The translations under genes and the position numbers were made by a program. The notes under the pieces were generated by a model. The model was not told the DNA's origin. It worked only from the letters and a program-made list of their open reading frames with translations, and did no database searches. A stretch of DNA of 64,000 nt, from the NCBI GenBank assembly GCA_963599235.1, contig CAVBWT010000012.1, positions 3,147 through 67,146 of the forward strand, written 5' to 3'. Source of the stretch: Lawsonibacter asaccharolyticus (GTDB lineage Bacteria > Bacillota > Clostridia > Oscillospirales > Ruminococcaceae). Of the stretch, positions 45,232-54,981 are shown piece after piece (position 1 is the stretch's first letter; every line of letters begins with the position of its first letter).

Positions 45232-45679
45232 TGTTTTCCAGCTCGTCCAGCAGGTCGCCCATAATGTCAACATTGTACGGCGTAATGATAAAGGTGCTGT
45301 TTGCGACACGCTTGATCTGGCCGTTGTTGGCATAAGCAACGCCGGAGAGGAAATCGACCAGCCGACGGGAAACTTCCTTGTTGGTGGACTCAAGGTTCAG
45401 CACCACGGTACGCTTGTTGTTCAGATGATCGGCGATCGTGCTTGCATCCTCAAAACGCTCCGGTTTGACCAGAACGACCTTGAGCTGGGTGGTTGCGTGG
45501 ATGTTTACCACTTTATTCTTTTTGGAGGCACTCTCTGCGGCGTCCTCATCCTCATCGTCCACAGGCATGTTGACACCGTTGTTGTTATTCACCATCTGAG
45601 GGGCGTCGTCAATGTACTGATCGTCGTAATCATCGTCCGGACCAATAAGGCCTTTTTTCAGACTATCCAAAAAAGACAT
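45215..45679 (-). CDS. sepF: Cell division protein SepF
   Basis: VVLVKPERFEDASTIADHLNNKRTVVLNLE core. ATG 45679 is preceded by AAAGGAG. Confidence 0.85.
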   Translation of the reverse strand: MSFLDSLKKGLIGPDDDYDDQYIDDAPQMVNNNNGVNMPVDDEDEDAAESASKKNKVVNIHATTQLKVVLVKPERFEDASTIADHLNNKRTVVLNLESTNKEVSRRLVDFLSGVAYANNGQIKRVANSTFIITPYNVDIMGDLLDELENNGAFY

Positions 45680-45787
45680 AAGATTTGCTCCTTTCATTCA
45701 GACAGTATGACACTGTCTGGCAACTTCTGCAAAAAGAGTTGCAATAGCTTTATCTATTATCGGATTTTTTGCGCCGGATGTCAATAA

Positions 45788-47098
45788 CTACAAAAGCTTT
45801 CCATCATACAAATTTTGTCCGGAGACTATAATTTCATCATAAAGCCGGACCTGACTGACCGAATTGTCCGTTCCGCTGGGCTGAATGAGGGTATAATCGC
45901 CCTGTGTGATGAGCGGATGCTTCTCGTCCACCGGGTCGATCTTACAGAACCGGGCAATGTTGCCGTACTTGACGTAGACACCCGGGATGTAGTTCTCGCC
46001 TTTTTCCTCAGCCTCGGTGCCGTCCTCTTTCAGGTAGTGGATTGCAGCGGTGGGGACCAGCAGACCGGTGCTTTCGCCGATGATGATCTGAGCATTCGCT
46101 ACATTCAGCCGGAGGATGTCGCCGCTGGTGACCTCACAGGTGAGAACGAACCGGGCAAGACCGCTCTCCTCATCGATGTTGACTTCTTTCACTGTAGCCT
46201 TAAGGGGTGTCTCGACCTGACCCGGAAATTTAATTTGCACCGACTTTTTGAGGGGTTTCCCGTCTGAGAGAAGCTTTTCGCCCTGTTTGGCGGAGCAGAC
46301 ACCGGCGTAGTACCATGTAAAACCCGAAATAATTTTACCGGAGCATCCGTCCAGCGCAATGGCCGGACTAGACTCGATATAGGCTTTCAGCCCCGACGGG
46401 TCGAGAGCCAGAATATCATCCGGGCTGGCATTGAGCCGCCCGGAACTGCTGCTCCAAATGAAATAGCCGGTTTGTGGGGCTGTGATCTGGGTCGGTGTGC
46501 CAAGCTGCGTCTGCACATTGGACATCTGCTGAGTCAGGGTGGAGATCTGTTCAGAAAAATCTGTGACTTCACCGGTAATGACCCAGAGCTTATTCTGCGC
46601 CAGAAGGTAGTTTTCCCTGCCGGTATCCGTGTCTTCATAGTCCCCCTGATCAATGGCATCCAGAATATCATAAAGTGCAGAAGAACGCTCCTTGCGGAGA
46701 GATTCCAGCTGGGTCGCGGAGGTATTCTGAGAACGCTGAAGCAGGTCGATCTGGCCGTTGAGCTGCATCAGCTGCTGACGAAGGGTCGCCTGTGCTGCGT
46801 CGCCGTATACCTCAGCCACAGCAGTTCCGACCGAGACACGCTCGCCATCTTCCACGAGATAACCCAGTGTACCGGTACTGCCGGAGACGTAAGTCTCATT
46901 GAAGAGCAGCACGCCTTCGGCATCCACGCTGTTCGAAACGGTAGCAAGGATGGCCGACTCATATTTGTTGGGCGGAAAGAGAATATGCAGAGCCTGATAG
47001 CCCACATAGCAGCCGACCATCACCAGAAAAGCCGCCACAATGCTGGCAATGACTGTCCGAACATGCGCACCGTCCTGTTCAGATCGAGAACCTCTCAT
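45788..47098 (-). CDS. HlyD/membrane-fusion-protein-like protein (orphan)
   Basis: N-terminal TM anchor, a lipoyl-like hairpin (LVEDGERVSVGTAVAEVYGD), a coiled coil (QATLRQQLMQLNGQIDLLQRS...) and a beta-barrel-like C-terminus. No partner transporter gene is adjacent. Confidence 0.6.
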   Translation of the reverse strand: MRGSRSEQDGAHVRTVIASIVAAFLVMVGCYVGYQALHILFPPNKYESAILATVSNSVDAEGVLLFNETYVSGSTGTLGYLVEDGERVSVGTAVAEVYGDAAQATLRQQLMQLNGQIDLLQRSQNTSATQLESLRKERSSALYDILDAIDQGDYEDTDTGRENYLLAQNKLWVITGEVTDFSEQISTLTQQMSNVQTQLGTPTQITAPQTGYFIWSSSSGRLNASPDDILALDPSGLKAYIESSPAIALDGCSGKIISGFTWYYAGVCSAKQGEKLLSDGKPLKKSVQIKFPGQVETPLKATVKEVNIDEESGLARFVLTCEVTSGDILRLNVANAQIIIGESTGLLVPTAAIHYLKEDGTEAEEKGENYIPGVYVKYGNIARFCKIDPVDEKHPLITQGDYTLIQPSGTDNSVSQVRLYDEIIVSGQNLYDGKLL

Positions 47099-47105
47099 CG
47101 GATAT

Positions 47106-48056
47106 TCACCCCTTCGCTAAAAAATTCTGCGTTTCGGCGCAGGCACGCTCGATGACATCGGGCGCGGAGGCATCCAGCCAGATGACTCCATCCATGTGAC
47201 GGAACCATGTCAGCTGGCGTTTGGCATAATTCCGGGATGCCTGTTTGAGCTTGTCTACGCAGGCAGTCAAATCGGAATTTTGCTCGAAGTACGGAAAAAA
47301 TTCTTTATAGCCGATGGCCTGCGCTGCCGTTTTGAAACGTTCCCGGTTCTGATAGACGTACTCAGCTTCCCTGAGCAGGCCAGCATCCATCATCTTATCC
47401 ACACGCAGGTCAATGCGGCGGTAAAGTGCAGCTCGCTCCGGGAAATCCAAACCCAAAATCAAACTGCGGTAAGGCTTTTCCGGTGGGAGCGATGCGGCTT
47501 TCTGGTCGCTGAGCTTTTTGCCAGTGGCACGATAATGTTCCAATGCGCGCAGGACACGCACCTGATTGTTGGGGTGGATAGCAGCAGCGGCTTCCGGGTC
47601 GACCCGTTCCAGCTCGGCATACATGGCCGCTCCACCCTTCTCGGCGAGTTCGGCAGCCAGCTGCTCACGCAGACCGGCAGGCGTTTCTTCCTCGGCAAAG
47701 CGGACGCCATATAAAAAGCTCTGGACATAAAGTCCGGTGCCGCCGACCAGCATCGGCAGATGACCCCGGGCGGTGATCTCCTGCTCGAGCTGACCAGCCA
47801 TTGCAGTGAAATCCGCCACGCTGAACAGGCGGTCAGGCGGAAAGAGGTCGATGCCGTAGTGCGGAATTCCCTGCGTCTCCTCCGGCGTTACTTTTGCCGT
47901 GCCTACGTCAAGACCTTTATAAATCTGCATCGAGTCCGCGCTGATAATCTCGCCGCTGAACCGCCGAGCCAGCGCGACGCCCAGCGCGGTTTTTCCGGTC
48001 GCGGTCGGGCCGACAACGGCAACGACCGGATGTTTTTTGTTACACAAGCCGTCCAA
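47106..48056 (-). CDS. miaA: tRNA dimethylallyltransferase
   Basis: VVGPTATGKTALGVALA P-loop and a MiaA core. Overlaps the mutL stop by 17 nt. Confidence 0.9.
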   Translation of the reverse strand: MDGLCNKKHPVVAVVGPTATGKTALGVALARRFSGEIISADSMQIYKGLDVGTAKVTPEETQGIPHYGIDLFPPDRLFSVADFTAMAGQLEQEITARGHLPMLVGGTGLYVQSFLYGVRFAEEETPAGLREQLAAELAEKGGAAMYAELERVDPEAAAAIHPNNQVRVLRALEHYRATGKKLSDQKAASLPPEKPYRSLILGLDFPERAALYRRIDLRVDKMMDAGLLREAEYVYQNRERFKTAAQAIGYKEFFPYFEQNSDLTACVDKLKQASRNYAKRQLTWFRHMDGVIWLDASAPDVIERACAETQNFLAKG

Positions 48057-50274
48057 ACTGCTTTTCCAGCTCCTTTCGGGTCAATTTGAGGACACAGGGA
48101 CGTCCATGCGGACAGAACGGCGGCACCTCGCCGGAGAGAATTTTTTCGGCAAGAGCCATAAGTTCCTGCGGCGAAGATCGGTCGCCGGCTTTGATGGCAG
48201 CACGGCAGGAGACGGAGTGCAAAACCCACTCGGTCTTTTCACTCAGGGCATCACGGCTCCCTTTCGCCAGCTTATTTGCCAGCTCAACCAGCAGATCCTC
48301 AGCATTCCCCTGCTCGACGTCGGCAGGGACGGAACGCATGAAAACGGTACTGCCGCCGAAATCGTCAATTTCAATGCCGGCGTTTTCGAGCAGAGGAATG
48401 TTATCCATCAAAGCCTGCTTTTCCTCGGCGGAGAGGTCAACAGCTACCGGTTCCAGCAAAAGCTGACTCGGCACGTCGCCATAGGTCGCCGCAAGCTTTT
48501 CGTAGAGCTGACGTTCATGCGCAGCGTGTTTGTCGATAAGACAAAGTTCGTCGCCGCGCTCAGCCAAAATATAAGTTTTGAAAATTTCACCCACATAGCG
48601 CAGAGGTTCCGGCCCGTTCCGCGGCACAAAGCCCATCTGTTCCGGAGTGCCGGTGGGCGTTTCCCAATCCGGCTGTCTTGTGGGCTGAGAGGTGGGAGCT
48701 TCCTGTTTTGGACTCCACGCCGCCATGTGGTCCTTTGCTTCGGGCAGGTCGTCGTCCATCTCGACGTCAAGGTTCGATTCACTCCCTGCCGGGCGGAATG
48801 CAGGCGGTGTTGACTGGGCATCCAGCTCTTTTGCAGGAGAGGCTTCCGGCGTATCCGGAAGGAAGAACGGCAGCTCATCCTCCGTCTGATTTTCAGTTTC
48901 CGGCTCCGGGCTGTGGAGAGTGACATCCGAACGAATAGGGGTTTTGGGTGCAACTGTTGTCCATGAGCGTCCAGTCTCCGTCTCCACTGCTTTTTCTGTT
49001 GTGGGTGTCGGCAGGATATCCCCAAAAGCAGCGGTCTGCGCTTTCTGTGCCAAAGAACTGGGCGCAGGAGCCGTGCGGCTGGGAAGCGGAGCAGAGAAAG
49101 GTTTCTGCGGATGATTTTCGAGAGTTCCCGGCTCTGCCTGTCCTGAAATCACGGCAGAAAGACCGGTAAAGCCGCTCTGCTTCACAGTATTTTTATCCGC
49201 TGCATCGTTTTGTTTTAAAGCAGCAGATGTTTCCTGCTTCTGGGTGTCTTCCGTATCGCGGAAGGTGAACTGACGCTCCCCTGTGCCGGGCTGAGCAAGC
49301 GCAAGCTTAACCGCATGGTAGACTAAATCGAAAATATCGTTTTCATGGGCGAATCGAACCTCGGTCTTTGCCGGGTGAACGTTGACGTCCACAAGGTCGG
49401 TCGGCATCTCAAGAAGCAAGATTCCTCCAGGGAATTTTCCCTGCATGGTGGTGCCCTTGAAGGCCATTTCCATACCAGCCATCATCGTTCGATTGCGGAC
49501 GTAGCGGCCATTGATATAGAAATACTGCATACTCCGGCTGGCACGGCAGCTCTTGGGCTGAGTGATAAGACCATAAACCCGGTAGGCTCCCTCGGTGTTG
49601 TCCAACTCGATCAGACCACGGGTAAATTCCCGGCCAAGGACGGAGTAGGCCGCACCCCGGAGGGTACCATCGCCGGGCGTGACATACTGAAACTTGCCCT
49701 CCCGGACAAACTTGAAGCTGATCTCCGGATGGCTGAGGGCAACATGGCCGACGATGTCCGCAACAAAGGTTCCCTCGCTGGAATCTTTTTTCAAAAACTT
49801 CATCCGGGCAGGCGTATTATAGAAGAGGTCGCGCACCCGGATGGTGGTGCCGATACCGCGCGCGCCCGGCTCGATGGGCTGCTCTTCCCCACCCTCAATG
49901 CGGTAACTGGAAGCACAGTCCTCGTTTTCGGTACGGGTCAGAACTTCGACACGGGCTACGCTGGCGATGGATGCCAGTGCTTCCCCACGGAAACCGAGGG
50001 TGTGGATATGGTTCAGGTCATCCTGTGTCTGAATCTTGCTGGTGGCGTGGCGGATGAATGCCGTGGGGATATACTGCTGTTCAATGCCGCTGCCGTTGTC
50101 GCTGACCTCGATGAGCTTGACGCCGCCCGACTCGATGGTGACGGTTATCTGGGTCGCACCGGCGTCGATGGCGTTTTCGAGCAGCTCTTTGACGACCGAC
50201 GCAGGCCGTTCGACGACCTCGCCGGCGGCGATAAGTTCAGCGGTGTGCTTGTCCAACACCCGGATCACTGCCAT
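48040..50274 (-). CDS. mutL: DNA mismatch repair protein MutL
   Basis: AAGEVVERPASVVKELLENAIDAG GHKL ATPase domain, a long Pro/Thr/Glu-rich linker and a C-terminal dimerisation/endonuclease domain. Confidence 0.95.
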   Translation of the reverse strand: MAVIRVLDKHTAELIAAGEVVERPASVVKELLENAIDAGATQITVTIESGGVKLIEVSDNGSGIEQQYIPTAFIRHATSKIQTQDDLNHIHTLGFRGEALASIASVARVEVLTRTENEDCASSYRIEGGEEQPIEPGARGIGTTIRVRDLFYNTPARMKFLKKDSSEGTFVADIVGHVALSHPEISFKFVREGKFQYVTPGDGTLRGAAYSVLGREFTRGLIELDNTEGAYRVYGLITQPKSCRASRSMQYFYINGRYVRNRTMMAGMEMAFKGTTMQGKFPGGILLLEMPTDLVDVNVHPAKTEVRFAHENDIFDLVYHAVKLALAQPGTGERQFTFRDTEDTQKQETSAALKQNDAADKNTVKQSGFTGLSAVISGQAEPGTLENHPQKPFSAPLPSRTAPAPSSLAQKAQTAAFGDILPTPTTEKAVETETGRSWTTVAPKTPIRSDVTLHSPEPETENQTEDELPFFLPDTPEASPAKELDAQSTPPAFRPAGSESNLDVEMDDDLPEAKDHMAAWSPKQEAPTSQPTRQPDWETPTGTPEQMGFVPRNGPEPLRYVGEIFKTYILAERGDELCLIDKHAAHERQLYEKLAATYGDVPSQLLLEPVAVDLSAEEKQALMDNIPLLENAGIEIDDFGGSTVFMRSVPADVEQGNAEDLLVELANKLAKGSRDALSEKTEWVLHSVSCRAAIKAGDRSSPQELMALAEKILSGEVPPFCPHGRPCVLKLTRKELEKQFGRLV

Positions 50275-50296
50275 AAAGTTTCCCTCCTATCGTGAT

Positions 50297-52924
50297 TTAT
50301 TCGTTGTTCAAGCTGCCTTTCAGAGTCTTTTTAAGTTCGTAGAGGAAGTTCAGAGCCTCAATGGGGGTCAGTGTCTCGACGTCGACGGCTTCTAACTTTT
50401 CCATCATCTCGCTGGGAACCGCCGGGGAACTGTAATCCTGCAGAGTCTCAAAATCCATCTGTTCGATTTTATTTTTCGGGGTGCTGGCCTCCAATGCGCG
50501 AAGGACTTCGTGCGCACGGCGCGTGACCGTACCCGGCAGACCGGCCAGCTTTGCGACCTCGATGCCGTAGCTGTCATCCGCCGGGCCACGGATGATGCGG
50601 CGCAGGAATGTAATATCCTCACCTCGCTTTTTGACAGCGATGTTGTAATTCTTGACGCCCTCGATAGCACCTTCCAAGTCGGTCAGCTCGTGGTAGTGGG
50701 TGGCGAACAGCGTCTTGCATCCCAGACCCTTTTTGGGGTCGGAGATATGTTCGACCACCGCGCGAGCAATACTCATGCCGTCGAACGTAGACGTACCACG
50801 GCCAATTTCATCCAAAACGACAAGGCTCTTTGGGGTGGCGTTTTTCAGAATTTCGGCAACTTCAGTCATCTCGACCATGAAGGTAGACTGTCCGGCGGCG
50901 AGGTCGTCCGATGCGCCGATTCGGGTGAAGATGGCATCCACAACACCCACATGGCACTCGGTGGCCGGAACGAAAGAGCCAATCTGCGCCATCAGCGCAA
51001 TGAGAGCGTTCTGACGCATATACGTCGATTTACCAGCCATATTCGGGCCGGTGATGATGAGACAGCGGTCTTCACCGCAATTCAGGGTGGTATCATTCGG
51101 AACAAAAAGGCTGCCTTTGAGCATCTGCTCGACTACCGGGTGACGACCCTCGACGATGCGGAGTTCGTCACTCTCGTCCACGACCGGACGGCAATAGTTG
51201 TTCTCGGCGGCGACCTGTGCCAGTGCCGCCAGAACATCCAGCTCGGCGACGGCGTTGGCTGTCCGCTGGATGCGGTCGAGCTGACCGCCGATGGTGCTGA
51301 GCAGTTCGGCGAAGAGCTTGTGTTCCAGCGTAATAAGCCGCTCGTGCGCACCCAGAATCTTGCTTTCCAGCTCTTTCAGCTCCTGCGTGATATAGCGTTC
51401 ACCGTTGGTGAGAGTCTGTTTCCGGATATACGTTTCCGGAACCATCTCTTTATAGGAGTTGCTGACCTCGATGAAGTAGCCGAAAACATGATTGTAGCCA
51501 ATTTTCAGTTTCGGGATTCCGGTCTCCTGCCGCAGACGCGTTTCAAGCTGGGCAAGAATGCCCTTCGTGTTATCCCGGATGGAACGCAGCTCATCCACTT
51601 CGGGATGATAGCCCTTGGCGATGACACCGCCATCCTTCAGAGTAGAGGGGGCTTCCGGGTCGACTGCCGCGTAAATTTTCGTTTTGATATCGTCCAACGG
51701 GTCGATTTTTGACGCAAGCTCAGTCAGTTCCGGGCAGTTGCAGCTCTCGGCCAGCTGTTTCAGGCTGGGAAGACGGTCACAGGTCTGCGCCATTGCGTAA
51801 ATTTCTTTCGGGGTGGCAGAACCGTAGACAGTACGGGTCATCATACGCTCAAGGTCGGAGATGTACCGCAGCTCTTCGATGAGGTCACCACGCTGCATGG
51901 TCTGGCGGACAAGGCTCTCGACCATATTCAGACGGCTGTTGATCGCCGGGCTGGATACCAGCGGCTGTTCGATCCAGCTGCGGAGCATCCGCTTGCCCAT
52001 GGCGGTACTGGTCTTGTCCAGCACCCAAAGCAGAGTCCCTCGTTTTTCCCGGCCGCGCAGGGTCTCGGTCAGTTCGAGGTTTGCCCGGGTCACCGGCGAA
52101 AGACTCATAAACTGGGCTTCGTTGTAGCTGATGACGGTTTTCAGACGCTCAACACCCTTAATTTGAGTGTCGTGCAGGTATTCGAGGAGGGCTGCCATTG
52201 CGAACCGCACCAGACCATCCGGCACGATGCCAGTCTTTTCTGCCCAGTCACGGCCAAATTGATTCTCAAGGGCGATGGAGACAAGGCCGGGTGCATAACG
52301 TTCTTCTTCGACCAGCTCCACGGAACAGGACATGTTCTTCTTAATGTAAGCAGTGACCTCCCGGCAGTCCAGAAGACCCGGGTTCATCAGAACTTCGCTG
52401 GGATGGTAGCGGCAGAGTTCCGCAATGACCGCCGGGGCAATTTTCTTCGCATTCGGGGCTTTCAGTTCGGTGATACGCGCCGTACCAGTGGAAACATCAG
52501 CAAAGCAGACGCCAGCTTTGCCGTCTTTCAGAAAGATGCTGGCGATGTAGTTGTTCTTGTCGTCCTGAAGCATACTGCTCTCAATGACAGTACCCGGTGT
52601 GACGACCCGAATGATATCCCGTTTGACAAGACCCTTTGCTTTGGCCGGGTCTTCGACCTGCTCACAGATAGCGACCTTGTAGCCTTTCGAGATGAGCTTT
52701 GCCACATAGCCCTCGTAGCTGTGGAACGGCACGCCGCACATGGGCGCACGCTCTTCCATGCCGCACTGTTTGCCGGTCAGGGTCAAGTCCAGCTCCCGGG
52801 ACGCCGTTTTTGCATCGTCAAAGAACATCTCGTAAAAATCGCCGATGCGGTAGAATAGAATTTCATCCTTATGCTGTTTTTTGATTTCAAGATATTGCTG
52901 CATCATAGGCGACAGCTCAGCCAT
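50297..52924 (-). CDS. mutS: DNA mismatch repair protein MutS
   Basis: SPMMQQYLEIKKQH...GDFYEMFFDDA mismatch-binding domain and Walker A GPNMAGKST. Start set to ATG 52924. Confidence 0.97.
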   Translation of the reverse strand: MAELSPMMQQYLEIKKQHKDEILFYRIGDFYEMFFDDAKTASRELDLTLTGKQCGMEERAPMCGVPFHSYEGYVAKLISKGYKVAICEQVEDPAKAKGLVKRDIIRVVTPGTVIESSMLQDDKNNYIASIFLKDGKAGVCFADVSTGTARITELKAPNAKKIAPAVIAELCRYHPSEVLMNPGLLDCREVTAYIKKNMSCSVELVEEERYAPGLVSIALENQFGRDWAEKTGIVPDGLVRFAMAALLEYLHDTQIKGVERLKTVISYNEAQFMSLSPVTRANLELTETLRGREKRGTLLWVLDKTSTAMGKRMLRSWIEQPLVSSPAINSRLNMVESLVRQTMQRGDLIEELRYISDLERMMTRTVYGSATPKEIYAMAQTCDRLPSLKQLAESCNCPELTELASKIDPLDDIKTKIYAAVDPEAPSTLKDGGVIAKGYHPEVDELRSIRDNTKGILAQLETRLRQETGIPKLKIGYNHVFGYFIEVSNSYKEMVPETYIRKQTLTNGERYITQELKELESKILGAHERLITLEHKLFAELLSTIGGQLDRIQRTANAVAELDVLAALAQVAAENNYCRPVVDESDELRIVEGRHPVVEQMLKGSLFVPNDTTLNCGEDRCLIITGPNMAGKSTYMRQNALIALMAQIGSFVPATECHVGVVDAIFTRIGASDDLAAGQSTFMVEMTEVAEILKNATPKSLVVLDEIGRGTSTFDGMSIARAVVEHISDPKKGLGCKTLFATHYHELTDLEGAIEGVKNYNIAVKKRGEDITFLRRIIRGPADDSYGIEVAKLAGLPGTVTRRAHEVLRALEASTPKNKIEQMDFETLQDYSSPAVPSEMMEKLEAVDVETLTPIEALNFLYELKKTLKGSLNNE

Positions 52925-52980
52925 GACGTACACCTTCCCTCTCCGTATGTTCTGCCCGGTTTGCGGACAAAAACTGCCTT

Positions 52981-53019
52981 TTGCAAGCAAAACGCGGCCT
53001 GCATAGCATAGCCGCGTTT
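52981..53019 (-). terminator. Hairpin after the ylbF/ymcA-like gene
   Basis: AAACGCGGC/GCCGCGTTT 9-bp stem followed by TTGCTTGC (weak T-tract). Confidence 0.45.
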
Positions 53020-53041
53020 CTCATTTCTGTTTCCGTCAGGC

Positions 53042-53449
53042 TCAGTGGCAGCCGCCGCAGGTGGAGCAGCTGCCAGTACAGGAAGCGGACGGCTCCTGCA
53101 CGGTCATCGGATCGCCGCCGTTCATAGCGGTGTTGATGATGGCGTCGATATAGTTGACGAGGTTCTCGCAGTCACGCTTTGCCTCATTGTAAGCAACCAT
53201 GCCCTCATCGGCCATGATCTGAGCATAGAGGTTGTTCACCTTCTCGTTCAGCTCGGTGATGCGCTGGTCGTTGCGCTCGGACTTGCCGATCTCGTTGTTC
53301 AGATCCATGCGAGCAAGGTTGAACTCGCCGATCATGTTCTGCAGCTCTTCGTCGTTGTCGTTGGCCTTGCGAGCCCGATCGAGAACGAGGTAACGGGGGT
53401 CAGTCTGAAGTGCCATAGCAGCACGCTTGAAAAGATCAATGCAATCCAT
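53042..53449 (-). CDS. YlbF/YmcA (Ric) family regulator with C-terminal Cys cluster
   Basis: A 135-aa helical protein. It sits between miaB and mutS, mirroring B. subtilis ymcB(miaB)-ymcA-(cotE)-mutS-mutL. Ends in SASCTGSCSTCGGCH. Confidence 0.7.
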   Translation of the reverse strand: MDCIDLFKRAAMALQTDPRYLVLDRARKANDNDEELQNMIGEFNLARMDLNNEIGKSERNDQRITELNEKVNNLYAQIMADEGMVAYNEAKRDCENLVNYIDAIINTAMNGGDPMTVQEPSASCTGSCSTCGGCH

Positions 53450-53501
53450 AATAGGAATCTCCTTTTATTTTTAAATCAATGATAACACGTTTGTGTCTGG
53501 T

Positions 53502-54893
53502 TTATTCGGCAAGTTCGCCCAGCAGAACAGTCGCCCGTGCGCCGGTCAGGTTCACCATTGCATACTGCCCCATCAGGGAGTCATCCGCCTTGAACTCGAC
53601 GGTCAGATTGTTATCCAGACGACCGGACAGGGTGCCATCGGCACGGCCATAGCTCTCAACAAGGACTTTCACGGTCTGACCGACCTGCTGCTTAACAAGG
53701 TTCATGGCGATTTCGTCCTGAATCTTGAGCAGGCGGCTCATCCGGTCGGTCTTCTCCTTGCGAGGCGTCGGGTCGGGCATCTCTGCCGCCTTGGTGCCGG
53801 TGCGTTTGGAGTAGATGAAGGTAAACAGCTGCATGTAACCGACCTTCTGAATAAGGTCAAGCGTCTGCTGGAAGTCTTCTTCCGTTTCACCGGGGAATCC
53901 GATGATGATATCACTTGAGAAGGTGATGCCCGGAACCGTCTTGCGCGCATACTCGATGAGTTCCATGTAATGCTCAATGGTATAATGGCGGTTCATCAGC
54001 TTGAGCAGACGATCGGAGCCGCACTGCACCGGCAGATGCAGGTGCTTGCAGATCTTCGGCTGTGCTGCAATGGTGTCGATGAGTTTGAAGCTGGCATCCT
54101 TCGGGTGGCTCGTCATGAAGCGGATGTGATAATCGCCCGGCACCGTGCAGAGCAGGTTGAGCAGGTCGGAGAAGTCCACCTGTTTTTCCAGACCCTTGCC
54201 GTAGCTGTTGACATTCTGACCCAGCAGGGTGATTTCCTTATAGCCTGCCTCGACCAGACCCCGGAACTCGGCGAGGATATCGCAGGGTTTGCGGCTCTTC
54301 TCCCGGCCACGGACATACGGCACGATGCAGTAAGTACAGAAGTTATCGCAGCCGTACATGATGGGAAGCCATGCCCGGAACTCACTCTCCCGGCGGATGG
54401 GAATATTCTCCACGATGACCGGACGCTGTGCCGGCTCCATCAGGACACGTTTATGCTTCTGCAGCTTCCGGGTAATGAGCTGGGGCAGAGTGTCGATGCC
54501 GTCCACGCCGAAGACGAGGTCAACATAAGGGTAGCTCTGGCGGAGCTTTTCGACGACATGCTTCTGGTTCGCCATGCAGCCGCAGAGACCGATCATCAGG
54601 CCGGGCTTTTTCTCCTTCAGACCTTTGAGCGCGCCGACATTGCCGAAGACACGCTGCTCTGCATGCTCACGGACGGCGCAGGTGTTGAAGAGGATGAGGT
54701 CGGCATCCTCGGGCTTATCGCAGAGGCCATAGCCGATATCTACGAGAACGCCCTTGATGCGCTCGCCGTCATTCACGTTCTGCTGGCAGCCGTAGCTGTG
54801 AACGAAGGCCAGCGGCGGCGTATCATACGCCTGACGCACCAGCTCGGCGGCGGTGCTGTTGTGTTCAAATGTAATGTATTCCAATGAAACCAT
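53502..54893 (-). CDS. miaB: tRNA-i6A37 methylthiotransferase MiaB
   Basis: HSYGCQQNVNDGE (UPF0004 domain), radical SAM CDNFCTYC and a C-terminal TRAM domain. The start could instead be TTG 54884. Confidence 0.9.
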   Translation of the reverse strand: MVSLEYITFEHNSTAAELVRQAYDTPPLAFVHSYGCQQNVNDGERIKGVLVDIGYGLCDKPEDADLILFNTCAVREHAEQRVFGNVGALKGLKEKKPGLMIGLCGCMANQKHVVEKLRQSYPYVDLVFGVDGIDTLPQLITRKLQKHKRVLMEPAQRPVIVENIPIRRESEFRAWLPIMYGCDNFCTYCIVPYVRGREKSRKPCDILAEFRGLVEAGYKEITLLGQNVNSYGKGLEKQVDFSDLLNLLCTVPGDYHIRFMTSHPKDASFKLIDTIAAQPKICKHLHLPVQCGSDRLLKLMNRHYTIEHYMELIEYARKTVPGITFSSDIIIGFPGETEEDFQQTLDLIQKVGYMQLFTFIYSKRTGTKAAEMPDPTPRKEKTDRMSRLLKIQDEIAMNLVKQQVGQTVKVLVESYGRADGTLSGRLDNNLTVEFKADDSLMGQYAMVNLTGARATVLLGELAE

Positions 54894-54920
54894 CCTTCAA
54901 ATTTTTAAAATGCTCGTTTC

Positions 54921-54949
54921 AGTATACCCTGTTTTGTGCCGGAGGGCAA
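54921..54949 (-). promoter_or_regulatory. Candidate sigma-A promoter of miaB
   Basis: Minus strand reads TTGCCC (54949..54944), 17 nt, then TATACT (54926..54921). Confidence 0.35.
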
Positions 54950-54981
54950 GAGGGCAAACACATTTTTTACAGAAAAGACGG

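Noticed and set aside
45232-45393. Long N-terminal extension of the ylmH ORF, overlapping the 3' third of sepF in another frame.
   Set aside because: The extension has no YlmH similarity and lies entirely within the well-supported sepF coding sequence. Alignment to B. subtilis YlmH supports a start near 45204-45231.
48760-49370. tRNA-like T-loop strings (GGTTCGATTC) on the minus strand.
   Set aside because: They are embedded in the mutL coding sequence, with no acceptor or anticodon arms around them. No tRNA genes are present in the window.
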